Assembly (NCBI GenBank): GCA_964617845.1
Contig: CAZUAR010000026.1
Location: 106,821 to 152,846, forward strand
Direction: 5' to 3'
DNA length: 46,026 nucleotides
Source: an uncultured Kofleriaceae bacterium
GTDB lineage: Bacteria > Myxococcota_A > Polyangia > Haliangiales > Haliangiaceae
Part shown: positions 7,899-15,653 of the stretch, one piece after another
How the letters are laid out: every line of letters starts with the position of its first letter
How positions within the stretch are numbered: position 1 is the first letter of the stretch
Notes under the pieces: generated by a model
Seen by the model: only the letters and a program-made list of their open reading frames with translations
Told to the model about the DNA's origin: nothing
Database searches by the model: none
Position numbers and translations under genes: made by a program

Positions 7899-10304
7899 GT
7901 GCGAACGGCCGAGGGTGGCCGCATGTCCGCCGCGGAGTCTCTCGCCGCTCGCCTACGCCGTCCGCTCCCGATCGCGATCGCGTTCGCCGCGGGCATCGCT
8001 CTCGCGTCACTCCTCGTCGACGCGACCTCGCTCGCAGCGACACGCCTGATCGGACTCGGCGCGGGCGTCGGCTTCGTCTTCGCGTCGATGCGCGACCGCC
8101 GCGTCGTGCCGGCCATCGCGCTCGCCGTCGGCCTGATGATCGGCACGCGGCCACCGGATCGGATCCCGACCGGCGTGACGATCGACGACCGCACGACCGA
8201 CCGCGTGATCGGCGACATCGCCGGCCCGATCATCACGACCTCGCACGGCACCGGCGCCCGCCTCGACACAGACGACGGCGGATCGATCTGGCTGTGGCTC
8301 GATCGAGAGACATCACTCGCGCGGCGCGAAGACGACCGCGTATCCGCCGGCCGGACAGGCTCCGCGTCCCTGATTCCGGGCATGCGCGTCGAGGCGAGCG
8401 GACGCGCGAAGACACCGGGTGGATCGCGCGGGCCGGGCATGGTTCCGCGGCGCGGCCCGACCGTCGAGATGGCGGTCGACGCGATCGCGATCGTCGACGA
8501 CGCGCCCGGGCCGATCGATCGCGCGTGGCGGTGGGCGCGCGAGACGCAGATCGCGTGGGGCGAGCGGATCGACGACGCGGGCGGTGACGCGATCGCGCGC
8601 GCGGCGCTGCGCGGCATCGTCACCGGCGATCGCAGCGCGGTCCCCGAGGAGCTCGATGCGCGGTGGCGCGCCGTCGGCATCTTTCACGTGCTCAGCGTCA
8701 GCGGCTTGCACCTCGCGGTGATCGCCGGGCTCGCGTTCCTGCTGTTGCGCAAGCTCGTCGCAGGATCTCCGTGGGGCGGGCGCGTGAGGCCCGCGCGGTG
8801 GGCGGCGCCACCGGCGCTGGTGCTCGCGATCGTCTACACGCTCGTCACCGGCGCGCAGCTCGCGACGCTGCGCGCGCTGATCGTCATCGCGCTGATGCTC
8901 GTCGGCGCGATGCTCGATCGACCGCTGCGCTTGCTCGACGCGCTCGGGGTCGCGGCGATCGCGATCCTCGTGTGGCGGCCGATGGACCTGTTCGATCCGT
9001 CGTTCCAGCTGTCGTTCACGGCGACGATCGTGCTCGCGCTCGTGAAGCGACCGATGGCGACCGGCGTGCGGGGCTGGATCGCGCGCGGCGTCGCCACCTC
9101 GATGTGGGTCACGATCGCGACCGCGCCGATCACCGCCTATCACTTCCATCAAGTGCAGCCGAGCGGCGTCGTCGGCAACCTGCTGCTCACGCCGCTGCTC
9201 GAGGTCATCGCGTTGCCCGTGGCGCTCGCCGGCATCGCGCTCGGTCCGATCGGGTGGCCGCTGGTGCGCGTCGCCACCGAGCTCGTCGGCGTCGTCGATC
9301 ACCTCGCGGCGCTCGGCGCGCACGTCGCCATCGTCGGACGCGTCGCGATCGCGAACCCGATCGTGCTCGTGGCGCTGGTGGCGGTGTCGCTCGCGCTCGT
9401 CGCCGCCAAGAAGCGCGCGTTCGGCTGGATCGTGCTGTGCGCGGTGTGGACGCTCGCGCGATCGCCTGCGCCGATCGGCTCGCTGCGCGTGACGTTCCTC
9501 GACGTCGGTCAGGGCGACGCCGCGATCATCGAGCTGCCCGACGGTGGCGTGTGGCTCGTCGACGCGGGCGGACACGCGAATGCCGGGAGCCTCGCGCGCG
9601 CGAGCGCGACCGGCGCCGTCATCGACCGCGCGCTGGCGAGCGCGGGCCACGACCGCGTGGACATCGCGATCGTCTCGCATCCGCACCCGGATCACTACGC
9701 CGGGCTCGCCGGCATGACGATGCCGATCGGCGAGCTGTGGTCCGCCGCGGAGGTCGAGGCGGACGCCGGTGCCAGCGCGCGCGCCTTCGATCGAGTCGCG
9801 CGGATGCTCGTCGAGCGCGGTACGCGATGGGTGCATCCGGCGCTCGGCGTCGCGGCCGAGCGCGCGGGCGTCGCGCTCGTCGTGTGGGCGCCGCGCTTCC
9901 AGCGTGTCGAGGGAGGCGCGCTCGTGGCGGCGGCGGATCCCGTGCGCACGGTGAACGACAACTCGCTCGTCGTGGAGGTGCGCTTCGCGGGGCGCTCGAT
10001 CGTGTTCGCCGGAGACCTCGAGCTCGAAGGCGAGGAGCTCGTCGCCGCCGCGGGCCTGCGCGGCGCGGACGTCGTGAAGGTCGCGCATCACGGGAGCCCG
10101 ACGTCGTCGTCGCCGATCTTCGTCGACGCGCTCGCGCCCGAGATCGCGGTCATCTCGTGCGGGCGCGGCAACGCGTTTGGCTTTCCATCGCCCGACGTGG
10201 TCGCGCGGTGGCGCGCTGCGGGCGCGGAGGTCGCGCGGACGGACCTGCGCGGCGCGGTGACCATCGTGGTCGATTCCGGCGGGGCGTTGGCGATGGACCG
10301 CTGA
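7899..10304 (+). CDS. comEC: DNA internalization-related competence protein ComEC/Rec2 with C-terminal metallo-beta-lactamase domain
   Basis: Polytopic membrane core (multiple hydrophobic helices). C-terminal MBL motifs 'SHPHPDHYAGL' and 'VAHHGS'. The domain order is typical of ComEC. Confidence 0.85.
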   Translation: MRTAEGGRMSAAESLAARLRRPLPIAIAFAAGIALASLLVDATSLAATRLIGLGAGVGFVFASMRDRRVVPAIALAVGLMIGTRPPDRIPTGVTIDDRTTDRVIGDIAGPIITTSHGTGARLDTDDGGSIWLWLDRETSLARREDDRVSAGRTGSASLIPGMRVEASGRAKTPGGSRGPGMVPRRGPTVEMAVDAIAIVDDAPGPIDRAWRWARETQIAWGERIDDAGGDAIARAALRGIVTGDRSAVPEELDARWRAVGIFHVLSVSGLHLAVIAGLAFLLLRKLVAGSPWGGRVRPARWAAPPALVLAIVYTLVTGAQLATLRALIVIALMLVGAMLDRPLRLLDALGVAAIAILVWRPMDLFDPSFQLSFTATIVLALVKRPMATGVRGWIARGVATSMWVTIATAPITAYHFHQVQPSGVVGNLLLTPLLEVIALPVALAGIALGPIGWPLVRVATELVGVVDHLAALGAHVAIVGRVAIANPIVLVALVAVSLALVAAKKRAFGWIVLCAVWTLARSPAPIGSLRVTFLDVGQGDAAIIELPDGGVWLVDAGGHANAGSLARASATGAVIDRALASAGHDRVDIAIVSHPHPDHYAGLAGMTMPIGELWSAAEVEADAGASARAFDRVARMLVERGTRWVHPALGVAAERAGVALVVWAPRFQRVEGGALVAAADPVRTVNDNSLVVEVRFAGRSIVFAGDLELEGEELVAAAGLRGADVVKVAHHGSPTSSSPIFVDALAPEIAVISCGRGNAFGFPSPDVVARWRAAGAEVARTDLRGAVTIVVDSGGALAMDR

Positions 10305-10324
10305 ATCGTGGTTCAATCGCGATC

Positions 10325-12181
10325 GTGGCTTTCGAAGATGCCGTGGCACGCGGCAGCGACGCACTCAAGCAGGGGAACCTGAGTGTCGCGCAGCAGCAGT
10401 TTCGCGAGGCGCTCGACGCGGAGCCGGAGAACGTCCGCGTGCTCGCGCTCCTCGGGCTCACCTACTTTCGCGGCAACCAGTTCGCCGAAGCGCGCCCGAT
10501 CTACGAGAGCCTCGTCGAGCGAGCGCCGACCGATGCGTCGCACCGGCTCAACCTCGGCCTCGTCTACCTGAAGCTCAACGAGTCCGACAAGGCGATCGGC
10601 TCGCTCGAGGCCAGTCGCGCGCTCGATCCGAGCCAGGGTCGCGCGGTCAGCTACCTCGGGCTCGCGTACGCGCGCGCGGGCCGCTACGCCGAGGCGTATC
10701 GATCGTTCTTGCTCGCGGGGCAGAACGAGCTCGCGACGGAGATCGAGGTCAACCTCACCGCCGCCGAGCGCGATGGCATCCATCACCAGCTCGGTCGCAC
10801 ACCGCAGGGCCCCACGCCGTCCTCGGCGGGCATCGCGATTCCGCGCACGACCACGCCGACGCCATCGTCGACACCCGCGATCTCGTCCACGCCGACGCCG
10901 CCGTCGACGCCCGCGATCTCGTCGACGCCGACGCCGTCGTCGACGCCGGCGATCACTCGCACGTCGACGCCGCCCACCGGGACGCCGACGGAGCCGCGCA
11001 CGAAGCCGCCGAGCGCGCCGCCGAAGAAGCACCCCGATCCCGACCTCTCGCACCCCGAGATCGTGATCGACAAGCACTCGGGTCCGCTCCCCGCGCCGGC
11101 CGTGCCGATGGTGCCGGCGCGATCGGGCGCGAGCGTCGTCGATCCGGCGAGCGTGTTCCCCGTGCAGACGCCGTCGACCGGCGAGCTGCGGATGACGGAC
11201 TCGCAGATGTTCGTGCTGCCCAAGTCCGAGGTGCCCGTGCCGCAGCCGGGCGTGTCGATGGTGTCGACCGCGGTCGCTGCCGCCGCGCCCGCGACGGCGA
11301 AGGCGTCGGGCGGCGACCGCACCAAGGCCGGCGGCTTCGCGCCGCGACCGCTGTCCGAGCTCGCGACCGACGAGCTCTTGCGCCCCGAGGATGGCGACGA
11401 CCCGTTCGAGATCTCGGCGGGCGGCTCGCTGATCGTCCGCATCACCGATCGCGTGCTCACGCGCCTCGAGGGCGTGCACGTCACCGGCGGCGACCTCGCG
11501 TACGAGATCGCGATGCGGCGCTCGCGCGGGTCGGACACCAAGGAGCGCTTTGACTACGGCGGGACCCCGCTGCACGCGGTCAGCGGCCACGGCTACCTGA
11601 TCGCGGTGCCGGGCCCCAAGCGCACGTTCAGCGCGGTCACGCTCGACGACGACATCCTCTACCTGCGCGAGGACCTCGTGTTCGCGTTCGAGGCCACGCT
11701 GCGCTGGGAGAGCGGCAACGTCCCCGGTCTGCGCGGCAAGTTTCCGATCGTGCAGTTCCGCGGCGACGGTGCGCTCGCGATCCGCATGCAGCACGACCGC
11801 GCGCTCGTTCGCGTGAAGCTGCCGGCGAACGGCGTGGTGTTCATCGACGCCGATCGCCTCGCCGGCTGGATCGGTCGCGTCATCCCGCGCGCCGTCGCGC
11901 CGCCGATCGGTGGACCGATGGGCTCGACCTGCATCGAGTGCACGGGCGAGGGCATCGTGCTCGTCGAGCCGGCGCCCGAGCCGGAGCGCGCGAGCGCCGC
12001 ACCGACGGTGAGCGCGCCCGCGGACACCGCTGCTCACGCGGCGCCACCTCCGCCGCCGCGCACCACGCCGCCGACGCCACCGCCCGCACCGGCCGCGCAG
12101 GAGATCGATCCCGAGCTCGATATGAGCTCCGTGCTCGGGGACGATCCGATCCCCGAGAAGTCCTCGTCCGACGAGATGTGA
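10325..12181 (+). CDS. TPR repeat protein with Pro/Thr-rich repeat linker and C-terminal beta-rich (possibly AIM24-like) domain
   Basis: The N-terminus carries TPR-like helices ('LALLGLTYFRGNQFAEARPIYESLVERAP...'). There is an internal 'TPTPSSTPAISS' x3 tandem repeat. GTG at 10325 follows the comEC stop, and the ORF portion upstream of it is Arg-rich noise. The AIM24 assignment rests on my recollection of that family only. Confidence 0.55.
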   Translation: MAFEDAVARGSDALKQGNLSVAQQQFREALDAEPENVRVLALLGLTYFRGNQFAEARPIYESLVERAPTDASHRLNLGLVYLKLNESDKAIGSLEASRALDPSQGRAVSYLGLAYARAGRYAEAYRSFLLAGQNELATEIEVNLTAAERDGIHHQLGRTPQGPTPSSAGIAIPRTTTPTPSSTPAISSTPTPPSTPAISSTPTPSSTPAITRTSTPPTGTPTEPRTKPPSAPPKKHPDPDLSHPEIVIDKHSGPLPAPAVPMVPARSGASVVDPASVFPVQTPSTGELRMTDSQMFVLPKSEVPVPQPGVSMVSTAVAAAAPATAKASGGDRTKAGGFAPRPLSELATDELLRPEDGDDPFEISAGGSLIVRITDRVLTRLEGVHVTGGDLAYEIAMRRSRGSDTKERFDYGGTPLHAVSGHGYLIAVPGPKRTFSAVTLDDDILYLREDLVFAFEATLRWESGNVPGLRGKFPIVQFRGDGALAIRMQHDRALVRVKLPANGVVFIDADRLAGWIGRVIPRAVAPPIGGPMGSTCIECTGEGIVLVEPAPEPERASAAPTVSAPADTAAHAAPPPPPRTTPPTPPPAPAAQEIDPELDMSSVLGDDPIPEKSSSDEM

Positions 12182-13542
12182 TGGCCGTCGATGTCGTAGA
12201 GGGCATCGCGGGGCCGATCGACGGCGCGACGCGGTTGGCGGGGCTCCGCGGGCGCGTCGTCCTTCACTCGGGGCGCGACGACGACGGGCTCGCGCGCAAC
12301 TCGTTCGTCGCGGCGGAGCCGACCGCGACGCTGATCGCGCGCGGCCGCTCGCTCGTCGTGCTCGACGAGACGGGCCGCCCGCAGCGCCGCTTCACCGGCG
12401 ATCCGTTCGCCGCCGCCGAGGACTTCTTGCGCGAGCACGGCTGCGTGCTCGGCGACGGCCCCGAGACCGGGCCGGGTGAGCCGCGCGTCATCGGCTTCTT
12501 CAGCTATGACCTCGCGCGCGTCGTCGAGAAGCTGCCCGGCGGCCCCACGCTCGGCCACGACACGCCCGACCTCTGGCTCGCCGCCTACGGCGCGGTCGCG
12601 CGGTTCGGGACGTCCGACGCCGAGCCGCCGACGATCATCGGCCCCGACGACGCCGCGCGTGCGCGACTCCGCCGGCACCTCGAGGCGCCCCGGCCGCAGC
12701 GCCCTGCCCCGGTGTTCGGCCCGCTCGAGCCCGACGACGACGACACGCACTACATCGCGCGCGTCGAGAAGATCAAGGACTACCTCGGTGCCGGCGACGT
12801 GTACCAGGTCAACCTCGCCCGCCGGCTCGTCGCGCGCGTGACGATGCCCGGCGATGTCCTCGCGCTGTACACGGCGCTCCTGGGTCACGCGCCCGCACCG
12901 TACGGCGCGCTGATGGAGGCCGACGGCCTCACGCTCCTCTCGAGCTCGCCCGAGCGATTCCTCGCGTCCGTCGGCGATCGCATCGAGACGCGCCCGATCA
13001 AGGGCACGCACACGCACGGCGAAGCGCTCGCCGCGTCGACCAAGGACGCCGCGGAGCACCTGATGATCGTCGACCTCGAGCGCAACGACCTCGGCCGCAT
13101 CGCCCAGACGGGCTCGGTCGTCGTCGACGATCTCGGGTACATCGTCGAGCTACCGAGCCTCTATCACAAGGTCTCGCGCATCAGCGCCAGGCCACGCGCC
13201 GGCGTCGGCTTCGGCACGCTGCTCCGCGCGATGTTCCCCGGCGGATCGATCACCGGCGCGCCGAAGGTGCGCGCGATGGAGATCATCGACGAGCTCGAGC
13301 CCGCGCGACGCGGACCGTACTGCGGCGCGTTCGGCTACTTCGGTGCGCGCGGCGCGTTCGATCTCGCGATCGCGATCCGCATCGGTGTCCTCAAGAGCGA
13401 CGAGCTGCGCATCCACGTCGGCGGTGGCATCGTCGCCGACTCGGATCCAGCGGCGGAGCTCGCGGAGACCGAGCTCAAGGCGACCGGGTGGCGGCGCGCG
13501 CTCGAGGCCGTCGCGCGAAGCCACGATCCCGCGCGACGCTAG
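12181..13542 (+). CDS. pabB: Aminodeoxychorismate synthase component I / chorismate-binding enzyme (PabB/TrpE family)
   Basis: Motifs 'MIVDLERNDLGRI', 'PGGSITGAPKVRAMEIIDELE' and 'RGPYCGAFGYF' are diagnostic of chorismate-utilising enzymes. Its ATG overlaps the upstream stop in an ATGA arrangement. Confidence 0.8.
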   Translation: MAVDVVEGIAGPIDGATRLAGLRGRVVLHSGRDDDGLARNSFVAAEPTATLIARGRSLVVLDETGRPQRRFTGDPFAAAEDFLREHGCVLGDGPETGPGEPRVIGFFSYDLARVVEKLPGGPTLGHDTPDLWLAAYGAVARFGTSDAEPPTIIGPDDAARARLRRHLEAPRPQRPAPVFGPLEPDDDDTHYIARVEKIKDYLGAGDVYQVNLARRLVARVTMPGDVLALYTALLGHAPAPYGALMEADGLTLLSSSPERFLASVGDRIETRPIKGTHTHGEALAASTKDAAEHLMIVDLERNDLGRIAQTGSVVVDDLGYIVELPSLYHKVSRISARPRAGVGFGTLLRAMFPGGSITGAPKVRAMEIIDELEPARRGPYCGAFGYFGARGAFDLAIAIRIGVLKSDELRIHVGGGIVADSDPAAELAETELKATGWRRALEAVARSHDPARR

Positions 13543-13551
13543 GACGCAACG

Positions 13552-14292
13552 CTACTGTGCGGGAGGCGCCGTGAACTCGACGGTCACGAACGTCGCGGTG
13601 TCCGCTTCGACGGGGACGGTGACGTCCTTCGGCGCGCCGACGGCCGCGGGCGGCGTGACCCGAAACGTCACGTTCGCGCCCGGCGTGACGTTGGGGATCC
13701 AGATGATCCCGCTCGCGTGCGTCTCGTCGACGCCGAACCCTCCGCTCGCGTTCACGTCGTCGTAGCGGACGAGCTCCAGCTGTCCGGCCAGCGTCGCGGT
13801 CGCGCCGCTCACCGGGAGCTGCATGGAGACGACCTCCGCGAAGATCGTTCCGAGGCCGCTGCCGACGGCGACGTTGGCGTTGGCGGTGACGTCCTCGTAG
13901 AGCGCCGTCGTGATCGACTGGATCTCGTAGTCAGCGGAGAACTCGCGCAGGCTCTTGAGGCGCCCGTCGCCGGTGACCCGCCACACGAGGTCGCTCCCCG
14001 TCGGCGTCGGGATCTCGAACGTGCCGTCGTCGACCGCGGTTGCTGCGGCGGTGCCGATGGTCACCATGGCACCGTCGAGCCCGGTCACGTCGCAATCGTC
14101 CCACACGAGGATCTCGCTGACGCCGCACACGCGTCCGGTGACCGTCGCGCCACCATCGCCGGGCCGCGCGTCGGGCGTCCCGCTGCCGCTGCCCGACGTC
14201 CCGCTACCGCCGCCGGGGTTGACCGGGAAGTCGCCGTCCGCGCCACCGTCGCAGGCGACGATCAACAAGAGCGAGCAGGCGGCGATCCTCAT
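13552..14292 (-). CDS. Gly/Thr-rich lipoprotein, function unknown
   Basis: Internal ATG at 14292 gives 'MRIAACSLLLIVAC' (lipobox). Upstream of it the ORF is Arg-rich noise. The rest is beta-rich with low-complexity G/S/T stretches. Confidence 0.55.
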   Translation of the reverse strand: MRIAACSLLLIVACDGGADGDFPVNPGGGSGTSGSGSGTPDARPGDGGATVTGRVCGVSEILVWDDCDVTGLDGAMVTIGTAAATAVDDGTFEIPTPTGSDLVWRVTGDGRLKSLREFSADYEIQSITTALYEDVTANANVAVGSGLGTIFAEVVSMQLPVSGATATLAGQLELVRYDDVNASGGFGVDETHASGIIWIPNVTPGANVTFRVTPPAAVGAPKDVTVPVEADTATFVTVEFTAPPAQ

Positions 14293-14330
14293 GGTCTCAG
14301 TGTACGCAGTTCGAACGGGATGGCGAAGAA

Positions 14331-14870
14331 TCAAGCCGTGCTCGGCGCACGCAGGCGCTGTCGCCGGTGAGCCAGCGCACCGGCGACGAACATCAGGACC
14401 ACGCCGACGAGCAGCGCGGCATCGGCGACGTTGAAGATCGGCCAGCGGTGCTCGCCGATCCGCCAGCGGATGAAGTCCGTCACACCGCCGTGGCGGATCC
14501 GGTCGATCAGGTTGCCGAGCGCACCGCCCGCGACGAGGCCCAGCGCGATCCGCTCGAGGCGCTGATCGGGCCGCAGCCGGTACGCGTAGAAGCCGATGCC
14601 GGCGACCGCGATCGCCGCGAAGATCGCGAGCAGGATCTGGGTGGCGTTGCCGAAGTCGAGCGAGCTGAACGCGGCGCCGGTGTTCATCGCGAGCTCCCAG
14701 TCCCAGTAGCCCTGGATCACCGGCTGCGGGATGCCGTGACACGCGTGCGCGACGAGGTCTGCCGGGACATCGCAACCGGCAGGAACCGGCAGTGACAGCG
14801 CCCACTCTTTCGTCCCCTGATCGAACCCGGCGGTCAGGAGGAAGATCAACACGAACACCGTGCGCCGCAT
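14331..14870 (-). CDS. lspA: Lipoprotein signal peptidase (signal peptidase II)
   Basis: LspA hallmarks 'NTGAAFS', 'GGALGNLIDR' and 'FNVADAALLVGVVLM'. About 180 aa with 4 TM segments. Confidence 0.85.
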   Translation of the reverse strand: MRRTVFVLIFLLTAGFDQGTKEWALSLPVPAGCDVPADLVAHACHGIPQPVIQGYWDWELAMNTGAAFSSLDFGNATQILLAIFAAIAVAGIGFYAYRLRPDQRLERIALGLVAGGALGNLIDRIRHGGVTDFIRWRIGEHRWPIFNVADAALLVGVVLMFVAGALAHRRQRLRAPSTA

Positions 14871-14903
14871 GCGAGGACTACCGTCCGCGCGGCGCCGGCA
14901 TTC

Positions 14904-15653
14904 CTACTCCTTGTCGGACGCGGCGGCCTCGGCGAGCTTCTTCTTCTTCGCCTCGCGCGCGGCCTTCTTCTTCCGCTTCTCTTCCTTCTCGCGTTTGCTC
15001 TCTTTTTGGATGTCGATGAACATCAGGCCGACACCGACGACGAGCGACACGTCCGCGACGTTGAACGTCGGCCACCGCATGAACTTCAGGTCCCACGAGA
15101 CCATGTCCGTGACGGCGCCGAAGTAGATGCGATCGATCAAGTTGCCGACCGCGCCGCCGGCGACGAACGCGAGCGCCCACTGCAAGACTCGCTGATCCGC
15201 GCGGCACTTGCGCAGCATCCAGATCATGCCGGCGACCGCGAGGATGCCGACGACCGAGAGGAAGATGCGCGCCGCGGCCGGGTTCGATCCGAAGAGGCCG
15301 AACGCCGAGCCGGTGTTCATCGACAGCTTCCACGACCAGAAGTCACCGAGGAACTTCACAGACTCCGCGTCGCATCGCGTGACGAGCACCTCGCCGCCAC
15401 CGCGCGCCTTGACGGCGATCGATGGGATCAGGTCGTAGGGGATCGAGCACGGCCCGTTCCCGCCGTAGCCGGTCGGGTGCACGGTGTCGGCGAGCGCGGA
15501 GCGCGACCAGATCTTCGTCACCTGATCGGCGACGAGGTTCACCAGCGCGACGATGCCGAAGATCTTCCATCGCTTGTCGTCGGACTTGTCGACGACCGCA
15601 GCAGCGGGCTTGTCGTCCGTCTCGGTCTCGTCCTTGTCGTCGGCCATCGTCAC
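14904..15653 (-). CDS. lspA: Lipoprotein signal peptidase paralog with acidic N-terminal extension and Lys-rich C-terminal tail
   Basis: 'NTGSAFG', 'GGAVGNLIDR' and 'FNVADVSLVVGVGLMF' match LspA. It ends in a 'KESKREKEEKRKKKAAREAKKKK' tail. Its start overlaps the ileS stop by 4 nt. Confidence 0.85.
   Translation of the reverse strand: MTMADDKDETETDDKPAAAVVDKSDDKRWKIFGIVALVNLVADQVTKIWSRSALADTVHPTGYGGNGPCSIPYDLIPSIAVKARGGGEVLVTRCDAESVKFLGDFWSWKLSMNTGSAFGLFGSNPAAARIFLSVVGILAVAGMIWMLRKCRADQRVLQWALAFVAGGAVGNLIDRIYFGAVTDMVSWDLKFMRWPTFNVADVSLVVGVGLMFIDIQKESKREKEEKRKKKAAREAKKKKLAEAAASDKE

Noticed and set aside
8663-10324. Upstream ~1.6 kb of the 1172-aa ORF
   Set aside because: Arg-rich and off-frame inside comEC. 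Only the part after GTG 10325 is protein-like.
8313-10364. 683-aa ORF antisense to comEC
   Set aside because: Arg/Asp/His-rich low-complexity translation. comEC on the other strand has clear membrane and MBL motifs.
10313-12037. 574-aa minus-strand ORF opposite the TPR protein
   Set aside because: Arg-rich antisense artefact.
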